From the NCBI RefSeq assembly GCF_000017845.1, contig NC_010546.1:3780001-3812000 (forward strand): DNA of 32,000 bases. Direction: 5' to 3'. Positions 16,973 through 24,559 of the stretch are shown here, in pieces; positions within the stretch are counted from its first letter, which is position 1; every line of letters begins with the position of its first letter. Source of the DNA: Crocosphaera subtropica ATCC 51142 (GTDB lineage Bacteria > Cyanobacteriota > Cyanobacteriia > Cyanobacteriales > Microcystaceae). A program made the translations under genes and the position numbers. Under the pieces are notes generated by a model, which was given only the letters and a program-made list of their open reading frames with translations, searched no databases and was not told where the DNA came from.

Positions 16973-18340
16973 ATGACTATTTCCCCTCAATATATTTGGA
17001 ACCAAGTGCTTGATCGTTTAAAATTACGATTAAATCCTACTGCTTACGAAACTTGGATTGCTTCAGCGACGGTACAAACTTTTCAAGATAATTGTTTAGT
17101 CATTCAAGTAGAAAATCCTTTTATTCTGAATCATTTACAAAAAACTTATTATTCTCTGATTTTAGAAGAAGTAGAAACCATTGTCGGTTATCCTATTGCT
17201 GTAAAATTAACCACGTCTCAAGAACAAAATTTAAGAATTGTTGATAAAAATAAAGATAATCTTTCCTCAACAAAACTACAGAATAAAAGGCAGCAAGAAT
17301 CCCCAAAACTGAATCAATTAAATCCTCGTTATAATTTTTCTCGGTTTGTTGTTGGGCCAACCAATAGAATGGCTCATGCTGCCTCTTTAGCAGTTGCTGA
17401 GTCACCAGGAAGAGAATTTAATCCCTTATTTTTATGCGGTGGAGTGGGATTAGGAAAAACCCATTTAATGCAAGCGATCGCCTATTATCGTCTGGAATTA
17501 TATCCCAATGCTAATGTTTTTTATGTTTCTACAGAACAATTTACTAATGATTTAATTACCTCTATTCGTCAAGATAGTATGGAAAATTTTAGGGAACATT
17601 ATCGCACTGCTGATATTTTATTAGTAGATGATATTCAATTTATCGAAGGAAAAGAATACACCCAAGAAGAGTTTTTCCATACCTTTAATACGTTACATGA
17701 AGCAGGAAAACAAGTAGTCATTGCTTCTGATCGTCCCCCTAAAAGAATTCCTAGTTTACAAGATAGATTAGTATCTCGTTTTTCGATGGGATTAATTGCT
17801 GATATTCAAGTACCTGATTTAGAAACAAGGATGGCAATTCTGCAAAAAAAAGCAGAGTATGAAAACATTAGATTACCCCGTGATGTCATTGAATATATCG
17901 CCACTAATTATACTTCTAATATCAGAGAATTAGAAGGTGCCTTAATTCGTGCTGTTACTTATATTTCCATTTCAGGACTATCGATGACAGTAGAAAATAT
18001 TGCCCCTGTTTTAAATCCTCCCATGGAACAGATTACCGCTTCTCCTGAGATTATTATCCAGATTGTTGCCGAAAATTTTAACGTTTCGGTAGAAGATTTA
18101 AAAGGCAGTTCACGCCGTCGAGAAATTAGTTTAGCTAGGCAAATTGGAATGTATTTAATGCGTCAACACACAGATTTAAGTTTACCGAGAATTGGAGAAG
18201 AATTCGGAGGAAAAGATCACACAACGGTTTTATACAGTTGCGACAAAATCTCTAAATTGCAAAAAAAAGATTGGGATCTATCTCAACAATTGTCTGAATT
18301 AAGCGATCGCATTAATATTGCTAGTCGGAATCAAAATTAA
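16973..18340 (+). CDS. dnaA: Chromosomal replication initiator DnaA
   Basis: NPLFLCGGVGLGKTHL (Walker A), LLVDDIQF (Walker B), NIRELEGAL, and the C-terminal DNA-binding helix region GGKDHTTVLYSCDKI. Confidence 0.95.
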   Translation: MTISPQYIWNQVLDRLKLRLNPTAYETWIASATVQTFQDNCLVIQVENPFILNHLQKTYYSLILEEVETIVGYPIAVKLTTSQEQNLRIVDKNKDNLSSTKLQNKRQQESPKLNQLNPRYNFSRFVVGPTNRMAHAASLAVAESPGREFNPLFLCGGVGLGKTHLMQAIAYYRLELYPNANVFYVSTEQFTNDLITSIRQDSMENFREHYRTADILLVDDIQFIEGKEYTQEEFFHTFNTLHEAGKQVVIASDRPPKRIPSLQDRLVSRFSMGLIADIQVPDLETRMAILQKKAEYENIRLPRDVIEYIATNYTSNIRELEGALIRAVTYISISGLSMTVENIAPVLNPPMEQITASPEIIIQIVAENFNVSVEDLKGSSRRREISLARQIGMYLMRQHTDLSLPRIGEEFGGKDHTTVLYSCDKISKLQKKDWDLSQQLSELSDRINIASRNQN

Positions 18341-18411
18341 CACAGTAGAATACTATAGCAATAGTAATATCTTGTACCTTCGATAACATTAGTTATGGTC
18401 AGAGGAGTATG

Positions 18412-19080
18412 TCAATCAGCCCACTGACGTAAGAGATTAGCATGGGTTTTTGCTAATAAATCAAATTCTACAGATTTACCGTCTTTAGCAAAAATAGAAC
18501 GGCGTACCGTGTCAATATCAAACAAAATTTCTCGTTGAGCAGTATCTCGGATTAAACTATGAACCCATCCCACCACGACTAATCTGGTTCCTGTCTTGAC
18601 GGTTTCTACCCGATGTAAAAAGGTGGAAGGATATAAAACAATCGACCCTGGGTTTAGTTTATAGGAGAGATCCCCCTCTGGTTTTTCAATAATTAGCTCT
18701 CCCCCCTCATAACTCTCAGGAGAACTCAAAAACAAGGTAAAAGAGACATCAGACCGAAAAAATTGCTGACCCCCCATCAGAGCATTATCCGTATGACTTC
18801 CATAGTGCATTTTCGGTTCATAGCGACTAAACCGTAAGGAGTGGATATGTTTTGGATGAATGGCCAGTTTGAATAATAAGTTGCGCTGTAAAGCATTGAT
18901 GACCAACGCTTCTAAAGATTTAACCTCTGGAGCAGTCTTATCGAGTTGGCTATTCTGTTTTACTAACTTAGCGTGCCATCCTGCTGTCGTTTGGCCATCA
19001 ACAAAGTTGCCTTGGGAGAGAATATCCGTTAATTCGGTGAGTTCTTCGGAAGTCAGAATGTTGTCAATGGTCAAAATCAT
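18412..19080 (-). CDS. PKHD-type Fe(II)/2-oxoglutarate hydroxylase (PiuC/YbiX-like)
   Basis: N-terminus is similar to YbiX (...FVDGQTTAG...KQNSQL). HxD in YGSHTDNA, a distal His in FLHRVETV, and Arg in TRLVVVGWVHS. Confidence 0.85.
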   Translation of the reverse strand: MILTIDNILTSEELTELTDILSQGNFVDGQTTAGWHAKLVKQNSQLDKTAPEVKSLEALVINALQRNLLFKLAIHPKHIHSLRFSRYEPKMHYGSHTDNALMGGQQFFRSDVSFTLFLSSPESYEGGELIIEKPEGDLSYKLNPGSIVLYPSTFLHRVETVKTGTRLVVVGWVHSLIRDTAQREILFDIDTVRRSIFAKDGKSVEFDLLAKTHANLLRQWAD

Positions 19081-19223
19081 CTTTAAACTTGAGTTGTCGG
19101 TGGATTGTTTTCCATTATCTCAACTTATGATCTACCTATAAGATAAATTTATTGGCAATTTTTTTCAGTTCTCTTTAAAATAGAGGCTTTAAGTTAAGAT
19201 CCGATTAATTGAGGAAACCAATA

Positions 19224-19427
19224 ATGAATTCTAAAGCTGTTCAACTATTAATTACCCTCGGTTTAGTGACTACCCTTGGTGCTTGTGGCGGTGGTGGTAC
19301 TGATACAACTGCCCCTACTGACTCTGCTCCCACTGAAGAAACCACTGAAGAACCAACCGAAGTTGAACCTGAAGCTACCACCGAAGGTGAAGAAGGTGGT
19401 GAAGGTGGCGAAGGTGGCGAAGGCTAA
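19224..19427 (+). CDS. Small acidic lipoprotein
   Basis: MNSKAVQLLITLGLVTTLGA|CGGGG has a lipobox. The mature part is Thr/Glu/Pro-rich and ends in (GEG)n. AGGAAA lies upstream of the ATG at 19224. The TTG at 19209 in the ORF track is less likely. Confidence 0.55.
   Translation: MNSKAVQLLITLGLVTTLGACGGGGTDTTAPTDSAPTEETTEEPTEVEPEATTEGEEGGEGGEGGEG
19383..19424 (+). repeat. 9-nt tandem repeat (GAAGGTGGN, about 4.7 copies) encoding the (EGG/EGE) tail of the lipoprotein
   Basis: gaaggtgaa gaaggtggt gaaggtggc gaaggtggc gaaggc, immediately before the TAA stop. Confidence 0.85.
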
Positions 19428-19460
19428 TCTCTGTTACCGTTTCAACCCTAGGTAATTAAA

Positions 19461-19504
19461 AGCTGTTGATTTCTCTGACATGACTCAGAAGGAAATCAAC
19501 AGCT
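19461..19504. terminator. Bidirectional hairpin between convergent small genes
   Basis: Perfect 13-bp arms AGCTGTTGATTTC (19461-19473) / GAAATCAACAGCT (19492-19504), with an inner TCTGA/TCAGA extension. Confidence 0.5.
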
Positions 19505-19533
19505 ACTTACTATAAAATCGAGAAAAAAACGAA

Positions 19534-19833
19534 TTATTTATTATTTACCTTAATTTGAATGGCACTGAGCATAGGGGTTCTAAATTTCAACAAAATAATT
19601 AAACTGAGGATGTGAATTAACCAATGGGAAATGACCAGTCCCCAGATAACACAAGCTAAAGCACTGGCAAACGCTAATACCCCGAAAATATCGTTTCCTG
19701 TTCGTTGGTACCAAAGCACACTTCCAATGGAAGTGATTAAGAATAAGAATGGAAAAATTGGGAATATCATAGCGGTTACCTTTAAATCGTTGGGGTTAGT
19801 CAGATTCTTAAGAAATGATTCGTAACGTCTCAT
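19534..19833 (-). CDS. Small three-TM membrane protein, hypothetical
   Basis: Three hydrophobic segments (MIFPIFPFLFLITSIGSVLWY, IFGVLAFASALACVIWGLVI, WLIHILSLIILL). No family recognised. Confidence 0.45.
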   Translation of the reverse strand: MRRYESFLKNLTNPNDLKVTAMIFPIFPFLFLITSIGSVLWYQRTGNDIFGVLAFASALACVIWGLVISHWLIHILSLIILLKFRTPMLSAIQIKVNNK

Positions 19834-20028
19834 TCCCCAATGTGTGTGTCTTGTCTATAAGGATAACATTACCTCTCTGAAAATCTGGGTAATATAAATT
19901 ACCTATGGGGGATCTTGTAAAAAATCTTTGCATAACTTCAAACTTGACCGAACTTTCCCCTAAAATTAAGCTATTTTTATAAATCAGTTTTGAGTATTTA
20001 CCAAAATTTTAGGGGTTTATTCCTAGGG

Positions 20029-21522
20029 TTAAAACTCAATGTTATTGAAGAACTCAGCTAACCAGTTTTTAAGGTGAAGTGTAGCTAAACAATCATCCTC
20101 ATTATAACGTAAAATAGAGGTGAGGTAATGGCGATCCCCTGTGGTTAACCATTGGTCATACCAGCAAACGCATTGATCCCCACTAACCCCAACATCACGC
20201 CAATGAAACCCTAACCAGTTAGCTAAGGACTTGAGGGAGTAGTTCTCTACAGGAAGAATAACAGAACTAATCACACAGTGATGAAGATCAATTAAACGAG
20301 ATAGTAAATGTTGAATATTGCGGTCAGGCGTTTGATATAAGTTTCCTAACCGTTTAATGGTATCTTTCTCGTAGTCTGAAAAGTGAAAAATTGGAGCTTG
20401 ATGATAAGTATTAACTAACTCAAGAAATTGTTCCCAAATGATCCCTTCTTCTTCGGGAGTTTCTGCTAAAAAAGGGTAAAACGTTTGCGTTTGGTTCAAA
20501 CGATTAACCACCACAACCCCTAACAAATAATCTAAATTTCGTTCTGGTTCGGCTTCAATATCAAAATAGAGTTCAACAGTTTCATTGGAGAGGATCTCCG
20601 AAAAATTATATTGAGATTGGGAGCGAGGAATAGCATGATTATGAACCAGGGATCGCGCTTGTTGTTGCAGTTTCTGAGCCAGTCCTCTACCGATTAGTTC
20701 CTCTATGGTGTCAAAATTAGCTTCCGCCAAAGATCGAGTAGTGATAACGCCAATGTCTCGTAAAGACCGATAACGGCTCGGTGTCACTCCAGGGACTAAA
20801 GACAAATGTTGTTGAGAGTGAGCGATCGCATGACAGTGACCATACCAGCGACAAAGATGACAACGTTGTCGAGCAATAAAAACTTCCGGTTCTTGCATTG
20901 TCCCCAGCATTGTTACACATTCATCTAAAACAAGCTGTAACTTTGGTAACCATTGAATAACCTCCACCGAGAAATGTTTCAAGGGACGGACAATCAATTG
21001 TGGAGTCGGAGGGAGAGTTTCTTGAATAATGGCTAGCAATTGGGCATAAAAGGTTACTATCAGCTTATATTCTGGTTTAGCCTTACGGCCTAGATGAATA
21101 CTAACAGGATAATAAGACCAGTCTCCAAATTTAGACTGGCCAGGTTGTTTGATTAATAAATGGGGTTTTCCCAAATATTCATCACCTGAAGACAGAAAAT
21201 GCAGAAAATCGTCGGGCAAATGCTTTGATGATGAACTATCATCAACCCACAATATCCCTTGATAGATACAATCAACCCCTTGCTGCATTAATTGTTCTGT
21301 TAGTTGGGCTTTTTCGCGCCAATTTGCTCCCGAAGTATAAGATGGTTGATAATGAGAGTAAAAAGTGTCCAACACTGAAGCGATATGGCGTTTACTTTCT
21401 TGTCGAAGTTTTTGCAGAAAGTCCCGTTCTGGATCTTGTTGGGTGGGATCACCGTGAATGTTGAGAAAAGCACGGCGTGAACATCGTTTATAATCCAGTA
21501 AGAGAGAATCAGTAATTAGCAT
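20029..21522 (-). CDS. TM0106-family RecB/Cas4-like putative nuclease with a C-terminal RNase H-like/exonuclease-fold region
   Basis: The MLITDSLLLDYKRCSRRAFL N-terminus is typical of the family. Cys arrangement is C...CHLCRWYGHC (C-x2-C-x5-C). ATG at 21522 is preferred over the TTG at 21606. Confidence 0.8.
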   Translation of the reverse strand: MLITDSLLLDYKRCSRRAFLNIHGDPTQQDPERDFLQKLRQESKRHIASVLDTFYSHYQPSYTSGANWREKAQLTEQLMQQGVDCIYQGILWVDDSSSSKHLPDDFLHFLSSGDEYLGKPHLLIKQPGQSKFGDWSYYPVSIHLGRKAKPEYKLIVTFYAQLLAIIQETLPPTPQLIVRPLKHFSVEVIQWLPKLQLVLDECVTMLGTMQEPEVFIARQRCHLCRWYGHCHAIAHSQQHLSLVPGVTPSRYRSLRDIGVITTRSLAEANFDTIEELIGRGLAQKLQQQARSLVHNHAIPRSQSQYNFSEILSNETVELYFDIEAEPERNLDYLLGVVVVNRLNQTQTFYPFLAETPEEEGIIWEQFLELVNTYHQAPIFHFSDYEKDTIKRLGNLYQTPDRNIQHLLSRLIDLHHCVISSVILPVENYSLKSLANWLGFHWRDVGVSGDQCVCWYDQWLTTGDRHYLTSILRYNEDDCLATLHLKNWLAEFFNNIEF

Positions 21523-21813
21523 TTTTGTCAAGAAAGTTCCTGTATCTATTATTATCTCCCTTTCGGAAAGAGAACAGGTAATATTTTTAATCCTGACTTT
21601 AGCCAAAGGTAGGAACTTGCTTAGAAAAGAAATAGTCTAATCCCTTTAGCTATCTTTGCTGATATTCTTTAAGCATAACTTTAGATCATCAATCGAGCCA
21701 CTTTGAAAGAAATCTGATAAGGTGAAACAGTTATCCTAAAATTAAAGGAGTCTTTAAGAACTCCATCACTCTAATCTATAGACAGACCATTATAAAATGT
21801 GAGGTTAATTTTT

Positions 21814-22560
21814 ATGAAATCATTAATCCGTTGGAGTGCAACCCTGGGACTATTAGGTAGTACCATCATAACCACTTGGTTTGGTCAAATCCCCAAAGTT
21901 TTAGCACTTCCTGAAGCTGACGTAATCAAGGTTTTACAAGGCGTGCCTGTTTTCACTATCACCACAGAACAGGGTGGGCCATTAATTGCGACCTTAGAAG
22001 ACAATCAGAAGGTAACACAAGTTTTTATGAGTCAGCAAGATGCTAACCAGTTTCTCGCTAAACTCAAAGAAAATCAACCGGACATCGGCAATAGAGTTAA
22101 AGTACAACCCGTCTCTTTAGGGGAAGTTTATCGTTTTGCCATCGCTAACAATACAGAAACAGAGTCTTTAAAATTTGCTTATATTCCCATGCAAAGCGCA
22201 GTAGATTCTGCGAAAAAGGTTTTAAATGATAATGGACAGCAATATCAAGGGGGGGTTCCTTTATTTACCTTGCGGGGGGGACCAGACAACAGTATCTTAA
22301 CCATTCAACAAGACGAACAAGAAGTGATTCCCTTCTTCTTTGAAAAAGCTCCTATTCAGGCGATCGCTGAGCAGATGAAAAAAGATCAACCCGATATTGC
22401 CCAAACTATGCAAATCGAAGTCGTTGCCTTAGAAAATGTGATTGGTCTTTTACAAACCAAAGACGATGCCATGCTTAAACAGATACAATTAATTCCTTCC
22501 CAGGAAACCATGAAATTTATTCAAGAAACTATCAAATCTCAGCAAAATCAAGGCCAATAA
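21814..22560 (+). CDS. Tic22-family periplasmic protein, paralogue 1
   Basis: Signal peptide MKSLIRWSATLGLLG.... Two Tic22-type half-repeats: VPVFTITTEQGGPLIA...VFMSQQDANQFLAKLK...VQPVSLGEVY and VPLFTLRG...IPFFFEKAPIQAIAEQMKK. ATG at 21814 is preferred over GTG at 21799. Confidence 0.8.
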   Translation: MKSLIRWSATLGLLGSTIITTWFGQIPKVLALPEADVIKVLQGVPVFTITTEQGGPLIATLEDNQKVTQVFMSQQDANQFLAKLKENQPDIGNRVKVQPVSLGEVYRFAIANNTETESLKFAYIPMQSAVDSAKKVLNDNGQQYQGGVPLFTLRGGPDNSILTIQQDEQEVIPFFFEKAPIQAIAEQMKKDQPDIAQTMQIEVVALENVIGLLQTKDDAMLKQIQLIPSQETMKFIQETIKSQQNQGQ

Positions 22561-22584
22561 AATCATAATTTAACCGACAGTACC

Positions 22585-22612
22585 AATCCCCAGATATTTG
22601 AGTTTGGGGATT
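22585..22612 (+). promoter_or_regulatory. Intercistronic hairpin between the two Tic22 genes
   Basis: AATCCCCA (22585-22592) / TGGGGATT (22605-22612). It lies inside the TTG-started ORF-track extension, which argues for ATG at 22655 as the true start of paralogue 2. Confidence 0.4.
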
Positions 22613-22654
22613 CAATCTATTTGTCTCTTTGTTATACTGATTACCAAAAACGCC

Positions 22655-23392
22655 ATGAAGAATTTAATTCGTTGGAGTTTGACCCTGGGAATCCTTATCA
22701 ATCCCATCAGTAACCTAAATTTAATCAACCCTGCTCCAGTGGTAGCCCTCACCCAAGCCGAAATTGTGGAATTTTTGTCAGGAGTGCCTGTTTACAGTTT
22801 GCTTGATCAGCAAGGATTACCCATTGGTCGGCAATTAGAAGATGGTAGTGTGGTTACTCCCGTATTCATGAGTCGCAAAGAAGCTCAAGCTTTTTTGCAA
22901 GAGTTAAAAGAAATCGATTCGGAGACGGCTGATTCCTATCGGATTCAAATTCTTCCTCTCAGTCGTATTTATGAAATTGCACGGGAAACCTCAACCAATT
23001 CATCTCGTCTTTTCCTAGATTATATTCCCAGTGCTACAGAATTACAGGCTGCTCGCGAATTAGTCAAGGAAAAGGGACAAAAATATCCAGGGGATGTTCC
23101 TTTATATTTAGCTAAAATTGAATCAGATCAATCCTATTTGACTATCAAACAAGAGGATCAAGAAATCGTTCCTGTTTTCTTTGAAAAAGCGACTATTGAT
23201 CAATGGATCGAGACAGTCAGTCAAACTCGACCTGAACTGGGTCAAGAGATTAATATTAATGTTATTTCCTTGAGTAGTTTAATTGCTAATTTGGAAAAAA
23301 ATGATAATGATTTATTGAGAAGTTTACGGTTTTGGCCTTCTAAGGAAATGATGAGAATTATTCGTTCTAGTTCTGAGACTCAACCTCAATAA
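22655..23392 (+). CDS. Tic22-family periplasmic protein, paralogue 2
   Basis: MKNLIRWSLTLGILIN... resembles the paralogue 1 N-terminus. Motifs VPVYSLLDQQGLPIG...VFMSRKEAQAFLQELK...ILPLSRIYE and VPLYLAK...VPVFFEKATIDQWIE. Confidence 0.8.
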   Translation: MKNLIRWSLTLGILINPISNLNLINPAPVVALTQAEIVEFLSGVPVYSLLDQQGLPIGRQLEDGSVVTPVFMSRKEAQAFLQELKEIDSETADSYRIQILPLSRIYEIARETSTNSSRLFLDYIPSATELQAARELVKEKGQKYPGDVPLYLAKIESDQSYLTIKQEDQEIVPVFFEKATIDQWIETVSQTRPELGQEININVISLSSLIANLEKNDNDLLRSLRFWPSKEMMRIIRSSSETQPQ

Positions 23393-23399
23393 ATTGCAG

Positions 23400-24305
23400 A
23401 TGGCTTCTCAGTTCACTATTTCAGGCCAAGACTTAGAACAATGGTATTATTGGGCGACACAAGAAGCTAGGGTGGCTCATATCTCTCCCTCAGAGGTAGA
23501 CTGGTTTATTCTAGCCATGACTCCATTAGATAGTTTATCCTTGCGTCTAGGGTTATATAAAGAGCGATCGCAAATCCCTGTGAAATGTTCTCTATCAGAA
23601 CTAACCCAACTATGGCAATGTCGGGTTAAACAAAGAGTCCCTCTACAATATTTGGTGGGGGAAACTCCCTGGCGACGGTTTTCTTTAAAAGTGTCCCCTG
23701 ATGTCTTAATTCCTCGTCCTGAAACGGAATTAATCATTGATTTTGCCCTAAAAGCTGTTCAACACAGTCGGAACCCTTATTTATCCTCTGGCCATTGGGT
23801 GGACTTGGGGACAGGGAGTGGTGCGATCGCCCTTGGTTTAGCGGACAGTTTTCCTCAAGCCACCATTCATGCTGTGGATACTAGCATCCAAGCGTTAACT
23901 ATTGCCCAAGAAAATGCCATTAAGGAAGGCTTTTCGTCTCAAATTCACTTTTATCAAGGATCGTGGTGGACTCCCCTAGAACATCTTCAAGGGCAAGTGA
24001 GCGCAATGGTTTCTAACCCCCCTTATATCCCCACATCCTTACTCTCTCAACTAGAACCAGAAGTGAAAAAACATGAACCGATCCTGGCTTTAGACGGGGG
24101 TAATGACGGTTTAGAGGCGATTAATTATCTGATTGATACGGCTCCTAATTACCTCATTTCAGGGGGCATTTTTTTGGTAGAAATGATGGCAGGACAAGGA
24201 GAGAAAGTGAAACAATTATTAGAAGCATCTTATCATTATCAAGCTATTGAAATTTTACCTGATTTAGCCGGAGTGGGTCGCTTTGCCTTGGCTTATCGTT
24301 GTTAA
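23400..24305 (+). CDS. prmC: Release factor glutamine N5-methyltransferase PrmC/HemK
   Basis: VDLGTGSGAIAL (SAM binding), VSNPPYIP (NPPY), PLQYLVGE and LIPRPETE. It starts 8 nt after the Tic22-2 stop. Confidence 0.9.
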   Translation: MASQFTISGQDLEQWYYWATQEARVAHISPSEVDWFILAMTPLDSLSLRLGLYKERSQIPVKCSLSELTQLWQCRVKQRVPLQYLVGETPWRRFSLKVSPDVLIPRPETELIIDFALKAVQHSRNPYLSSGHWVDLGTGSGAIALGLADSFPQATIHAVDTSIQALTIAQENAIKEGFSSQIHFYQGSWWTPLEHLQGQVSAMVSNPPYIPTSLLSQLEPEVKKHEPILALDGGNDGLEAINYLIDTAPNYLISGGIFLVEMMAGQGEKVKQLLEASYHYQAIEILPDLAGVGRFALAYRC

Positions 24306-24539
24306 AAATAATAATTAATACATCCTTCGATAAGGGCTTTTTGTTTTTCCCTGGAAACATTATAAATAGTGCGATCGCATGATAAAAGATATGACGATAA
24401 CAAATTTTTAGAGTTAGCTGTATCTGGTATGACCAATTATTTGATCACAGGAGATAATGATCTTTTGATTCTTGAAAGTTATGAGAATATTTCTATTATT
24501 ACTCCTATTAGTTTTCTTTCACTCGTTAAAAATAACTAA
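24299..24539 (+). pseudogene. Internally deleted/frameshifted remnant of a PIN-domain toxin (TIGR00305-like TA toxin)
   Basis: Frame A (24299-24382) reads (L)LKIIINTSFDKGFLFFPGNIINSAIA*, resembling the PIN N-terminus hhhDTNVhhSAhFFGGN but with Asp replaced by Asn. Frame B (24366-24539) reads IVRSHDKRYDDNKFLELAVSGMTNYLITGDNDLLILESYENISIITPISFLSLVKNN*, matching the family C-terminus D-DDKFLelAv.g.adyLvTGDkdLL.L....i.IitP..FL. No intact ORF exists. Confidence 0.5.
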
Positions 24540-24559
24540 CCTCTTCTTTTTAAAATTAA

